NCBI GenBank assembly: GCA_046347985.1
Contig: JAXMFE010000014.1
Coordinates: 26,042 to 90,041, forward strand
Direction: 5' to 3'
Origin: Burkholderiales bacterium
GTDB lineage: Bacteria > Pseudomonadota > Gammaproteobacteria > Burkholderiales > Ga0077523
Length of the DNA: 64,000 nt
The notes under the pieces are model-generated. The model had not been told where the DNA came from. It saw only the letters and a list, made by a program, of their open reading frames with translations, and ran no database searches. Below are positions 11,886 through 21,173 of this stretch, piece by piece (position 1 is the first letter of the stretch; every line of letters starts with the position of its first letter). The position numbers and the translations under genes are program-made.

Positions 11886-13195
11886 AGCCGGCGGTGCGGC
11901 GCACGGTCACGATCGAGTCGCTCGACTACGAAGGCAAGGGCGTTGCACACGTGGACGGCAAGGTGGTCTTCGTGGACGGTGCTCTGACCGGTGAAACGGC
12001 CGAGATCCGGACGCTTCGCACGAAGCCGTCCCATGAGACGGCAATGACCGAGCGCATCGTCCGCGGCAGCAGCCAGCGCGTGCCGCCTCGCTGCCGGCAC
12101 TTCGGGACGTGTGGTGGATGCAGCATGCAGCACCTCGAACCGAGATCCCAGGTTGCGGTGAAGCAACGCGTGCTCGAGGACTGTCTCGCCCGCATCGGGA
12201 ACGTCGTGCCGGAGGTCCTGTTTCCGGCCATACACGGACCCGAATGGGGATATCGCTACCGTGCCCGACTGTCGGTGCGTAGGGTGGTCAAGAAAGGCGG
12301 GGTGCTCGTCGGTTTCCACGAGAAGCGCAGCAGCTATGTCGTCGAAATGGCGGAGTGCCACGTCCTGCCCGAAAAGATCTCGCGCATGCTCCTGCCGTTG
12401 CGGGCACTCATCGGCGGCTTGTCGATCCCGGATCGCGTGCCGCAGATCGAACTGGCCGTCGGCGAGGGCCCCGAGATGCTGGTGTTTCGCATCCTGGCAC
12501 CGCTGTCATCTGCCGACGTGATGCGCCTGGAGGCGTTCGCTCGGGAATGGGGGCTGCGCATTGCGTTGCAACCGAAGGGGCCCGAAACGGTGCACGCGCT
12601 GGCGCCTGCCGAAGGCACGTCTCTCGAGTATCGCCTGCCCGAATATGGTGTGAGATTGCCGTTCGCGCCCACCGAGTTCACGCAGGTCAATCACGAGATC
12701 AACCGCGTCCTCGTGCGTCGGGCGATGACGCTTCTGGCGCCGCAGCCCGGGGAGAGGATGGCGGACATGTTCTGCGGCCTGGGCAACTTCTCGTTGCCGA
12801 TGGCCGCGCTGGGTGCCCGAGTGACAGGCATCGAGGGGAGCGAGGCACTGGTGCGCCGCGCGGCCGCCAACGCGGCGACGAACCGCCTGGGTGACCGTGC
12901 CGAGTTCCGCGCGCGCGATCTGTTCACCGTCACGCCCGACGAACTGCTCGCACTGGGGCCCTTCGACGGCATGCTCATCGATCCGCCCAGGGACGGCGCC
13001 ATCGCGCTCGTCAAGGCGCTCGAAGCGGCGCCGCCCCGGCGCATCGTCTACGTGTCGTGCAGCCCGTCGACCCTCGCCCGGGACGCGGGCGTGCTCGTGA
13101 ACGTGCTGGGGTACGCGCTGAAGGGGGCGGGAGTGGTGAACATGTTTCCGCACACCGCGCATGTGGAATCCATCGCGCTGTTCATGCGCCCCTGA
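11882..13195 (+). CDS. rlmD: 23S rRNA (uracil1939-C5)-methyltransferase
   Basis: TRAM-like N-terminus ([28 protein letters not shown]), Fe-S cysteines ([14 protein letters not shown]), a SAM motif ([12 protein letters not shown]) and DPPRDG ... [16 protein letters not shown] 11882 overlaps the upstream stop (ATGA). The 594-aa track ORF is an upstream over-extension. Confidence 0.9.
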   Translation: MKPAVRRTVTIESLDYEGKGVAHVDGKVVFVDGALTGETAEIRTLRTKPSHETAMTERIVRGSSQRVPPRCRHFGTCGGCSMQHLEPRSQVAVKQRVLEDCLARIGNVVPEVLFPAIHGPEWGYRYRARLSVRRVVKKGGVLVGFHEKRSSYVVEMAECHVLPEKISRMLLPLRALIGGLSIPDRVPQIELAVGEGPEMLVFRILAPLSSADVMRLEAFAREWGLRIALQPKGPETVHALAPAEGTSLEYRLPEYGVRLPFAPTEFTQVNHEINRVLVRRAMTLLAPQPGERMADMFCGLGNFSLPMAALGARVTGIEGSEALVRRAAANAATNRLGDRAEFRARDLFTVTPDELLALGPFDGMLIDPPRDGAIALVKALEAAPPRRIVYVSCSPSTLARDAGVLVNVLGYALKGAGVVNMFPHTAHVESIALFMRP

Positions 13196-13203
13196 TCAAT
13201 GCG

Positions 13204-13233
13204 AAAAAAAGGGCGGCCGCAGCCGCCCTTTCC
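13204..13233. terminator. Bidirectional intrinsic terminator between convergent rlmD and the BI-1 gene
   Basis: aaaaaaa-gggcggc-cgca-gccgccc-ttt: a GC-rich 9-bp stem (aagggcggc / gccgccctt) flanked by an A-run and a short T-run. Confidence 0.75.
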
Positions 13234-13264
13234 TGTTGCACCGCCGTGACGCGGTGGAGATCCG

Positions 13265-13951
13265 CTATTCGCGATCGCCCGCGAATGCCATCAGCAGGTT
13301 CAGCAGGTTCACGAATATGTTGAACAGGCTCATGTACACGCCAGTCGCGGCCATGATGTAGTTGGACTCGCCCCCGTTCACGATGCGGCTGACGTCGTGG
13401 AGCAGGAACATCGAGAACACACCGATGGCGAGGCAGGAGATGGTCAGCGACAGGGCGGGCAGGTGCAGGAACATGTTCGCGAAGCTGGCGATCAGAAGCA
13501 CGATCATGCCGATCATCAGGAACTTGCCCATGAAGCTGAAATCGCGCTTCGTCGTGGTGGCGACAGCACTCATCGCGAGCAGGATACCGCCCGTGCCGGC
13601 AGCGGCCATGCCGACCAACTGCGGACCGTTCTTCAGCGCGAGGGCGAAATTCAGCATCGGCCCGAGCCACCAACCGAGGATGAAGGTCATGCACAGCAGC
13701 AGCACGACGCCCAGGCCGCTGTTGCGGTTGGCGGCAATCGCGAACTGGAGGCCGATGACCGCCCCCAGCATCACCAGACTGGCGATGACCGGGTGCTGGA
13801 GAACGATGCCGGAGGTGGACATGCCCAGCACGGCGCCGAAGACGGTCGGCACCATCGTGAGCGCGAGCAGGAGATAGGTGTTGCGGAGAACCTTTTGCTG
13901 CGACTGTCCAAGCGCCCGGGAACCGGTCAACACTTGTACGTTAGGTTGCAT
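13265..13951 (-). CDS. Bax inhibitor-1/YccA family membrane protein
   Basis: 228 aa with about 7 TM helices. N-terminal QQKVLRNTYLLLALTM and C-terminal NIFVNLLNLLMAFAG are typical of the BI-1/YccA family. Confidence 0.85.
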   Translation of the reverse strand: MQPNVQVLTGSRALGQSQQKVLRNTYLLLALTMVPTVFGAVLGMSTSGIVLQHPVIASLVMLGAVIGLQFAIAANRNSGLGVVLLLCMTFILGWWLGPMLNFALALKNGPQLVGMAAAGTGGILLAMSAVATTTKRDFSFMGKFLMIGMIVLLIASFANMFLHLPALSLTISCLAIGVFSMFLLHDVSRIVNGGESNYIMAATGVYMSLFNIFVNLLNLLMAFAGDRE

Positions 13952-14179
13952 GTGCGTAACCCCTCGTGGGTGTGGGAAAACAAAGGCTAAGACTACGAGA
14001 AGCCGTCCGGAGTTTCAATTCCAATGGTGGAGCAGGGGACGCAGTGGGTAGAATTCGCCTGTCTCGAGGGCCGATTTCCGCGAGCGCTGGACAGATCGGG
14101 CGCTTCGCGCGCCGTTCAAGGGGGTGCCGCACCGACGCCTCTCACGCGGGCGTACCGGCTCGGGGTTCTGTCCGACACA

Positions 14180-14218
14180 GGATGCGTGGCCGAGGGGATG
14201 GCGGTACCGGTCTTGAAA
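14180..14218 (+). other. Degenerate partial copy of the tRNA-Ser 5' half (acceptor/D-arm through anticodon loop)
   Basis: ggatgcgtggccgaggggatggcggtaccggtcttgaaa aligns with ggaggtgtggcagagtggtcgattgcaccggtcttgaaa of the intact tRNA 48 nt downstream. accggtcttgaaa is identical in both. Similarity stops right after the anticodon loop. Confidence 0.6.
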
Positions 14219-14227
14219 GCAGTTGCA

Positions 14228-14315
14228 GGAGGTGTGGCAGAGTGGTCGATTGCACCGGTCTTGAAAACCGGCAACGGGCAACCGTTCGTGAGTTCGAATC
14301 TCACCACCTCCGCCA
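14228..14315 (+). tRNA. tRNA-Ser (anticodon UGA), encoded CCA
   Basis: Acceptor GGAGGTG/CACCTCC, anticodon stem CCGGT/ACCGG with loop CTTGAAA (UGA), long variable arm, T-arm GAGTTCGAATCTC, discriminator G plus CCA. Confidence 0.93.
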
Positions 14316-14383
14316 GTAGAATCCAACACTTGCGCAACATCCGCCCGTATGCGGAATGCTTGCAGCAAGTAGCAAGTAGCAAG

Positions 14384-14408
14384 AAGCCCCCTTGGTCCGG
14401 GGCTTTTT
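14384..14408 (+). terminator. Intrinsic terminator downstream of tRNA-Ser
   Basis: aagcccc-cttggtcc-ggggctt followed by a T-run (ttttt). Confidence 0.6.
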
Positions 14409-14495
14409 CGTTGGCAGGCGGTTGAGAATGCCAATTGGCGAGCTCGCCGCCACAGCCGACGATCGAGTTGTCGAACGAGACGGAGCGAGCCACCG

Positions 14496-14762
14496 ATGCG
14501 TGGCGCCGACGCCTGCAACCACGCGCTGTTCACCTCGGTGAAGCTCGAGGACTTTGTTCCTCCAAAGCATTCGCTGCGACCGATTCGTGCCTGGGTCATC
14601 GACGCGCCGGCGAATTCGGACGCCGAGTTCTCGGCAATGTACGAAGGCGATGTCAGATGCGGTCGCCCGAACATCGCGCCGGAAGATCTCATGGGCGCCA
14701 TGCTGCTTCAGGTCCGCTGCAGCCGGCGGCAACGGGTCGAACCGATCCAGGACAACGATTGA
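14496..14762 (+). mobile_element. IS5/IS1182-family transposase N-terminal fragment (remnant)
   Basis: LFTSVKLEDFVPPKHSLRPIRAWV ... FSAMYEGDVRCGRPNIAPEDLMGAMLLQV matches the DUF772/InsH N-terminal domain pattern (SLEDLVP.DH.LR ... GRPSI.PE.L...LLQ). It terminates after 88 codons with no DDE domain and no recognisable inverted repeats. Confidence 0.7.
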
Positions 14763-14876
14763 GGTTGGATCGTGCGCGCGAAGCGACGCGACGATCCGAT
14801 CCGGTTGCTGCACAGACCAGGTCCGGCGACCGACGTCACAGCAATCGCGACTCATCTACCGCCTCAGGGGGATGCC

Positions 14877-15287
14877 ATGACAACCTTGCCGGACTGCTCG
14901 AAGGACAATCCGTGGAGACTGAAGACGCCGCCGGGCACGGCCGAGTACACGATGCATATCGACGAGAAGGACGGCAGGAAGATCCTCGTATGCACGGTGG
15001 GCGGCACAGTGCTGCACTACGACGCGCGGTGTATCGACGACCTGCGTGCCATGCTCCAGAAGGCAGGCGACTGGGTGGAATTGGGCGGGGCGGATGAGCA
15101 GAAGCCGGCCAAGGAGGGAACCGTAGAGGCATGGGGGCGTTCGGATGCGAACCCGATCGGTGGCTGGTATGGCCTGAAGAAGGGCCTGCGCGGTCGCTTC
15201 GCGGTGTATGTGCCGCCTCTCATGGAGGAACTCGGGCTTTGCGAGTTGGAACACAACGCCAGAAACAACAGAATGCGCGTCAAGTGA
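14877..15287 (+). CDS. Conserved hypothetical protein (recalled as a DUF-type family, possibly DUF6855)
   Basis: MTTLPDCSKDNPWRLKTPPGTAEYTMH ... ILVCTVGGTVLHYD ... KPAKEGTVEAWGRSDANPIGGWYGLKKGLRGRF ... LEHNARNNRMR. Recognised from memory as a widely conserved small protein of unknown function. Confidence 0.6.
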   Translation: MTTLPDCSKDNPWRLKTPPGTAEYTMHIDEKDGRKILVCTVGGTVLHYDARCIDDLRAMLQKAGDWVELGGADEQKPAKEGTVEAWGRSDANPIGGWYGLKKGLRGRFAVYVPPLMEELGLCELEHNARNNRMRVK

Positions 15288-15389
15288 TGGAAGTGATGCC
15301 GGACCGGCGCGATACCTTGCGGTCGACGACGTGCTGCGCCCCGCGTCGTCAGCCCTCGAGGAGCCGGTGATGAACGCTGAGGCGGCATC

Positions 15390-15866
15390 GTGACCGTCAC
15401 ACGCATGGACAACGTCGGCATCGTCGTGCAGGACCTGGACGCCGCCATCGGGTTCTTTGCCGAGCTTGGCCTCGAAGCGGAAGGGCGCGCGGCAATCCAG
15501 GGAGACTGGGCCGACGGCGTCACCGGGTTGTGCGGCATGCGCGTGGAGATCGCCATGATGCGTACGCCGGACGGTCACGGCCGGCTCGAGTTGTCCCGCT
15601 TTCTCGCGCCGCCCGTGGTTGCCGATCATCGTGAAGCGCCAGTGAACGCGCTCGGTTACCTGCGCGTGATGTTCGCCGTGGAGGACATCGACGATGCGCT
15701 CCGTCGGCTGGGCAAGCTCGGCGCGACGCTCGTCGGCGAGGTGGTCCGGTATGAAGACAGTTATCGGCTCTGCTACATCCGCGGGCCCGAAGGAATTCTC
15801 ATCGGACTCGCCCAGCGACTCGGGCAGCCGGCGTCCCGCGAGAACCCCATCGGAGCATTGCGTTGA
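15390..15866 (+). CDS. VOC (glyoxalase/bleomycin-resistance/dioxygenase) family protein
   Basis: MDNVGIVVQDLDAAIGFFAELGLE ... LRVMFAVEDIDDALRRLGKLGA ... CYIRGPEGILIGL is a paired beta-alpha-beta-beta-beta module pattern. The start is GTG 15390 or ATG 15405. Confidence 0.8.
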   Translation: MTVTRMDNVGIVVQDLDAAIGFFAELGLEAEGRAAIQGDWADGVTGLCGMRVEIAMMRTPDGHGRLELSRFLAPPVVADHREAPVNALGYLRVMFAVEDIDDALRRLGKLGATLVGEVVRYEDSYRLCYIRGPEGILIGLAQRLGQPASRENPIGALR

Positions 15867-15917
15867 GACTGCACGAATCGGCGTGTACCGGGGCGTTCAG
15901 CGGAATGCCTTCGTCTT

Positions 15918-16322
15918 GTGCGATCGGCGCCCGTCAAGATCGGTGTCGAGCCCTGGGCAATGGAGGAGGTATCGGTGGCTTTCACTGAGTGGGAGCAGAA
16001 GCGCTGCGAACGCGACCTCAAGAAGTTCATGGCGCATCGGCGTCCGACGCTTCATGTCCGGCCACGCCTGGATCTCGGCTTCAGGATCCACGGTCGGAGC
16101 GTCGAGATCTTCGAGATGCGGCCCGATTGGAAGGAGGTGGGCGAGGCCATCGAGACACCCGTGGCAATAGCGACCTTCGTCCGTAACACCAGCACGTGGA
16201 AGTTGTACTGGATGCGCGGTGACATGAAGTGGCATGGCTACCCGCCGAATCCCGTACTGCGAGACTTTTCCCAGGCGCCGGCGGTCGTCGACCGGGATGA
16301 ATTCCGTTGCTTCTTCGGCTAG
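15918..16322 (+). CDS. DUF3024-like protein
   Basis: VEIFEMRPDW ... VAIATFVRNTSTWKLYWMRGDMKWHGYPP ... DRDEFRCFFG resembles the DUF3024 pattern. The start may be ATG 15960. Confidence 0.6.
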   Translation: MRSAPVKIGVEPWAMEEVSVAFTEWEQKRCERDLKKFMAHRRPTLHVRPRLDLGFRIHGRSVEIFEMRPDWKEVGEAIETPVAIATFVRNTSTWKLYWMRGDMKWHGYPPNPVLRDFSQAPAVVDRDEFRCFFG

Positions 16323-16551
16323 ACGCCCCATGGAATCTTCCGGCCGGCCGCCGATGCCAAGCCATACCTTCCCTTGCCGCCGTCCGGATGTGCGGACAAG
16401 CCCGAAGTGACGAGGCGGGGTCAGTCCGGGGGGGGGCCGGAATTGCGCAGGCGCGAGGTGGCTTTGCCGCAGTTGGGAATCCTGCTCGCGGTCCTCGGTG
16501 CGGGCAGCCTCTATCGCTTGACCGTCATCGACCGCAACAGCGGGCAGCGCT

Positions 16552-17997
16552 TCAAGTGGTGGCAGGATGTTCGAATGCGGGCAGCGCAGCCTGCCGTGCC
16601 GTGAAGGCGACATGGGCCGCGACGGCCAGCAAGCCAAGAAAGCAGGCGACGGCTGTCCCGAGCACGGAACGAATGCCCAACAGGCACGCGGCAACCAGGA
16701 GTCCGGCGGTTACCGCTCTGAGTATTCGGGTCATGACCGCGCGCACGTTCAGGCCTTCCGCGACCAGCAGTGCACACGAGTAGCCCAGCGTCAGGACGGT
16801 CCCCGCAGCCCCGTAGGCGGCGACCGCGCGCAGCGGGTCATGAGCGAGCGCTCCCCAGAGGAGCGCGCCGCAGCGTGCTGCCGCCAGGAGCAGATTGAAC
16901 AGAAACTCGGCGCGCTGCCAATGACGGAGCACCACGAGCGAGGGCAGGTGCGCGCCCACGATGGCGGCGAACACCGAAGGCACGAGGCATCGCGCAAACT
17001 CGCCTGCCGGCGCCCAGTCGGGACCGAAGGCGAGGGTGAACGCATCCGGCGCCACCGTCGCGAACACGATGGCCGGGGTCGCGGTGAAGGCCACCAGAAG
17101 ACGAAACACGGCGTCGGCAAGTTCGGGAACACGGGCGTCGCGCTCCGCGTCGCGTATCCTCGACAGGAACGACTGCTCGATGGCCTGGGCGACGAGGTGC
17201 GCCGGTCCGACGGTGACGAGGAACGCCAGGCTGTAGAGGCCGGCCGCCTGGACCCCGAAGGACACGCCGATGATGAGCACGGACAGCTGCTGTCCGACGA
17301 TGTTCACGATGGCGGACCCGGTGGATACCAAGGGCAAGCGGCGGTGCTGCTTCGCGGCGGCCAGCAATCGCGCGCGGGAAACTTGCCGCAGCGCCTGCCG
17401 CAGTCCGGTGCGGCCGAAGAGAACGGCCAGGGCCGAGAATCGGGCAGACACGAGCCCGACCACCAGCCCTGCATTCAGGACGGCGAGCATGCCGAGCGTG
17501 ATCTGGACCGCCACCTGCACGATGCCCTGCGTGACACGGCTCGCCGCTACCTGGAAGAGTGTCCGGCGGCGCGTATGCCACCCTGCGAGGGCAAGGGCCG
17601 ATCCGCTGACGAACGTGGCAATCGGCAGGAGCCACGACAGGCGGGCGATAGAATCGAGCGGAGGCCGCCCGCCGCCGTAGACCGTGCTTGCGTGAAGCAG
17701 GACCGCCAGCAGCAGCGAGGTCAACGCTGACGCGGCGACGGATGCGACGACCAGTGCCGCGGCGTCTGCGTCGTCTTCCGGAACGGCGATGGCGAGGTGG
17801 TAGCGGAGCGTGCAGAACGACAGTGCGATGGCGAGTGTCGCCTCGAAGGTGCCGAGAACCCCGAACTGCATCGGGTCGTACAGCCGCGTGAGGACCGGGA
17901 CCGCGGCGAACGCGATCAGCGGACCCACGGCAGAGGCGCCGGCGAGGAGACCGACATGGCGGAAGAACGACGGCTCCTGCGGTATTCCTTTCGGCAT
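16552..17997 (-). CDS. Wzx-like polysaccharide/oligosaccharide flippase (MOP superfamily)
   Basis: About 480 aa with about 12-14 TM helices. N-terminal VPVLTRLYDPMQFGVLGTFEA is typical of O-antigen/EPS translocases. Start taken at MPKGIP (17997). The track ORF extends to 18069. Confidence 0.75.
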   Translation of the reverse strand: MPKGIPQEPSFFRHVGLLAGASAVGPLIAFAAVPVLTRLYDPMQFGVLGTFEATLAIALSFCTLRYHLAIAVPEDDADAAALVVASVAASALTSLLLAVLLHASTVYGGGRPPLDSIARLSWLLPIATFVSGSALALAGWHTRRRTLFQVAASRVTQGIVQVAVQITLGMLAVLNAGLVVGLVSARFSALAVLFGRTGLRQALRQVSRARLLAAAKQHRRLPLVSTGSAIVNIVGQQLSVLIIGVSFGVQAAGLYSLAFLVTVGPAHLVAQAIEQSFLSRIRDAERDARVPELADAVFRLLVAFTATPAIVFATVAPDAFTLAFGPDWAPAGEFARCLVPSVFAAIVGAHLPSLVVLRHWQRAEFLFNLLLAAARCGALLWGALAHDPLRAVAAYGAAGTVLTLGYSCALLVAEGLNVRAVMTRILRAVTAGLLVAACLLGIRSVLGTAVACFLGLLAVAAHVAFTARQAALPAFEHPATT

Positions 17998-18027
17998 GGA
18001 CGCGACTGACCGGCGGACAATGAGAAC

Positions 18028-20196
18028 ATGGAGATGACACCTGCCGGTCGCAGGACGACTACCCCGCATCGCTGGCGCTACGTACTATTCCTGTTCGGTC
18101 TGATCCTGGCAATCCTTGCCGCTGCTCATGCGGCTCACGCGAGGCTGGCATCGCTGGAGCAGTGGCGGTCCGATCCGGTCGCGCATTTCGCCGGCGGCGT
18201 TCCGGTCATGACCACGCTCGACGCCTACTACTCGCTGCGGCTCGCGAAGGCGAGGCACGACGGAACGTTCGTCGCGCACGCCGACGATCCGCTCCGGCAC
18301 TACGAACGACTGCAACGGTCCCGGGACGCCTCCGAGTACGTCGGCACGGGCGAGCCCGCCGAGTGGGCGCCGCAGCGCACACCGCGGCGGATGCCGCTGC
18401 TTGCCGAGCTGATTGCGGTGCTGATCCCCGTGGTGGGGAGTGCGGAGACGGCGGGGCTCTACCTCACGCCGGTGCTCGCGAGCCTGTTCGTGATTCCGAT
18501 GTTTCTCTACGCGTGGCGACTCGGCGTGCCTGCCGCGGGGCTGCTGGGCGCGCTCGCCGGAGCCTTCGCCCCGGTGTACCTGTCGCGCACGCAGATCGGG
18601 TTCGTCGATACGGACTGCCTGAATCTGTTCTTCCCGTGGCTGTCGGCCCTGCTGGTGTTCAGCATCGACCGCTCGGCACGAAGTCCACGTGTGCTGGTCA
18701 CCGCCGCCGCACTCGGCTTCGCGCTCTACCTGTACTTCCGCTGGTACGAGAAGGCGGCGCTCTCCGCGCTCTACTGGAGCGCGCTCGCAGGGTGGCTGAT
18801 GGTGCAGCGGCGCGGCGCCCGGGAGATCGCGCTCGCCGTGATCGTCTGTATCGTCTGCAGTCACCCGGTGCAATTGGCGCTGTGCGCGGACAACGCGGTC
18901 AGCCTGCTCGGGCGGTACTGGAGCGGGCGCACGACGAGCGATGGTGCGTCCCTGGTGGACGCGATGTTTCCCAACGTGATGGAGACCGTGAGCGAACTGC
19001 GCGGGCCGAGAGGCCCGGGCGCGGTGGGGGCCGTCCTCGGCCACTGGATCCCGGGAACCGTGGGGCTGCTCGGGTTTGGCGCCCTCGCGATCCGGCATTG
19101 GCGGGACTGCATTCCGCTGGTCCCGATCCTCGTCATGGGGGCATTCACCTTCGTCAGCGGCGCACGCTTTGCGATGTACCTGGCGCCGCTTGCAGGGCTC
19201 GGCCTGGGGTATCTGCTGACCGTCGCCGTGCGGTCGGTCGGGCTTCGCCTCGCGCCCGGACAGGATGCATCAGGTGTGTCGACCGGAGACGACACCCGGC
19301 TCGTGGCTGAGTCTCTGGCCACATACGCGGTGATGGCGGTCGCGTTCTTTGCCTGGGTGCAGCCGGCGATGGCCCGCGCCGTGCCGTTGACCTTGCCGGC
19401 CGTTCCCGCGCAGGACGTGCTGGCCGTGCAACGCGCTGCGGTGCGCATGCCGCCGGGGGCTCGCGTGTGGACGTGGTGGGATCGTGGATTCGCGTATTCA
19501 CACATCGCCGGCTGGACGGTCTATCACGACGGCTCGGCACAGTACACGCCGCAGACGCATGTCATCGCGCATACCTTCGCGTCCGATTCGCCGGGCGCCT
19601 TGCGTGCAGCGATGGCACGGGTGGATCGGATCGGGAACAGGGGCATCACGGCAATTGCCGCGCAGGTACGCGAACGCGCCGCATTGCTGCATGCGATCAC
19701 GGAACCCGAGACCGCGGCATCGGCTCAGGCGGCGCAGTTCGTCGTGTTCTCGCACGACATGCTGCGCTCGGCGATGGCGCAGCGTTACGTCGCCGGCTTG
19801 CCGATCCGGACGAAGGACGGCGCGGCGACCGCCTTCCTCCCGCTGCCTTGCTCCGGGTTTCGCGGCGATCGCCTGGAGTGCGGCAGGGCCTCGGTGGATC
19901 TCGCCGCCGGCCGGTTCGACGACGGACGGACGATCCGGCGGCTCGACATCGTCGACGGAGGCACGGTGAGCAAGCGGGTGGACTATGCGAACACCTCCGA
20001 CCTGGTCGCCGAGATCGTCATCGGACCGGACCGCAGCATCGAAGTCCTGCTCCTGCCGGACGAGGTCTACCGCTCGAATCTCAACCGGATGTTCCTCCTG
20101 GGCGAGTACGACCGGTCGCGGTTCGAGGAGGTGTACCGGGAGGTGCCTCGACTGCGCGTCTATCGCGCGGTCCCGGACGCGATCCGAGGTCCATGA
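18028..20196 (+). CDS. STT3/PglB-type oligosaccharyltransferase (GT-C fold)
   Basis: 722 aa with a multi-TM N-terminal domain plus a soluble C-terminal domain. Motifs: TTLD65AYYSLR (EL1 acidic motif), GFVD194TD196CLNLF (compare PglB YYDTDML), T320VSE323 (EL5 TIXE/SVSE), SGARFAMYLAP, W483WDRG487 (WWDYG hallmark) followed by YHDGSAQY ... THVIAHTF, and a C-terminal MFLLGEYDRSRFEEV resembling the PglB C-terminus. Confidence 0.8.
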   Translation: MEMTPAGRRTTTPHRWRYVLFLFGLILAILAAAHAAHARLASLEQWRSDPVAHFAGGVPVMTTLDAYYSLRLAKARHDGTFVAHADDPLRHYERLQRSRDASEYVGTGEPAEWAPQRTPRRMPLLAELIAVLIPVVGSAETAGLYLTPVLASLFVIPMFLYAWRLGVPAAGLLGALAGAFAPVYLSRTQIGFVDTDCLNLFFPWLSALLVFSIDRSARSPRVLVTAAALGFALYLYFRWYEKAALSALYWSALAGWLMVQRRGAREIALAVIVCIVCSHPVQLALCADNAVSLLGRYWSGRTTSDGASLVDAMFPNVMETVSELRGPRGPGAVGAVLGHWIPGTVGLLGFGALAIRHWRDCIPLVPILVMGAFTFVSGARFAMYLAPLAGLGLGYLLTVAVRSVGLRLAPGQDASGVSTGDDTRLVAESLATYAVMAVAFFAWVQPAMARAVPLTLPAVPAQDVLAVQRAAVRMPPGARVWTWWDRGFAYSHIAGWTVYHDGSAQYTPQTHVIAHTFASDSPGALRAAMARVDRIGNRGITAIAAQVRERAALLHAITEPETAASAQAAQFVVFSHDMLRSAMAQRYVAGLPIRTKDGAATAFLPLPCSGFRGDRLECGRASVDLAAGRFDDGRTIRRLDIVDGGTVSKRVDYANTSDLVAEIVIGPDRSIEVLLLPDEVYRSNLNRMFLLGEYDRSRFEEVYREVPRLRVYRAVPDAIRGP

Positions 20197-20386
20197 CGGG
20201 GGAATGTTGTCGATTCGCCTTACACGAGAGGGGCGCTGAAGCGTACGTGATCGACGAATCGACAGCCGGCGCAAGAGTTAGCGATGCCAAGCGCGTTTCT
20301 TGCTCCGGCGCCGTTTGATGCTCCAGATGGTCCCCGGACGCGCGCCGGGCACAAGCAGAACAACTCACAAGAAGGAGTCTCCGGCC

Positions 20387-21148
20387 GTGGCGTTCAAATT
20401 GCCCCTGACGTCTTCCCCCCTGAATTTGACGAAAACCCTCACGGCGGTCCTGGTTGCTGCGGGTGTTCTTTCCGGCGTCACGATGTCCGTTGCAGCGCCG
20501 ATCACCAGCACACCGCAGAACTTCGACTTCGCCATTCACACGAGCGGGAACGTGTTCATCCCCGCAGACTCGCAGGACGCTCCGGGCTTCCACACGTTTA
20601 CGGGCAGCGCCACCTCCACTTTCAATGAGTTCGATTCCTCGCTGGGAACGCTCCAGCAGGTCGTGTTCACGTGGCAGTCACCGTTGTCCGCCAGGGTCAG
20701 CTTCGGTCCTCCCGGATTCGACGACAGTCTTCATGCTTCCATCGCACCCACCGTGAGTGCCGAGATCGGCGGCGGGGTCGGGACGTTGTTCAGCAGCCCG
20801 TTCTCCGCGACCGGGGCCACCGGGCAAACGGTCCTGAACGTCACCGCGTCCGTCAACAACAGCCGGACCTATTCGGCTCCCGGCGATCTGGCCCTCTTCA
20901 TTGGCACCGGCACCTTCAACACGGTTCTGAATCTGGCAGTCAAGGTGGGGGCCGACAACGGGACTGCCGACATGTCGGCGGACTGGGGCACGCAGGCCAA
21001 CCAGGGACGACTGAGCCTGGAGTACATCTACGAAGCGCGGCCGACCACCGGGCAACTGCCGGAGCCCGGCGTGCCGCTGCTCCTGGGAACCCTGGCGGCC
21101 ATCGGCATCGGCGTGACGGTTCGCAAGCGCGGCCAGGCTGGGCGCTGA
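20387..21148 (+). CDS. PEP-CTERM sorting-domain secreted protein (possibly a choice-of-anchor-E-like domain)
   Basis: GAAGGAG lies 9 nt before GTG 20387. Signal peptide LTAVLVAAGVLSGVTMSVAAP. The C-terminus LPEPGVPLLLGTLAAIGIGVTVRKRG is PEP plus a TM helix plus a basic tail. FDSSLGTLQQVVFTW resembles choice-of-anchor domains. Confidence 0.85.
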   Translation: MAFKLPLTSSPLNLTKTLTAVLVAAGVLSGVTMSVAAPITSTPQNFDFAIHTSGNVFIPADSQDAPGFHTFTGSATSTFNEFDSSLGTLQQVVFTWQSPLSARVSFGPPGFDDSLHASIAPTVSAEIGGGVGTLFSSPFSATGATGQTVLNVTASVNNSRTYSAPGDLALFIGTGTFNTVLNLAVKVGADNGTADMSADWGTQANQGRLSLEYIYEARPTTGQLPEPGVPLLLGTLAAIGIGVTVRKRGQAGR

Positions 21149-21173
21149 ACGGCGAATCAGGCGCAATCCGCAG

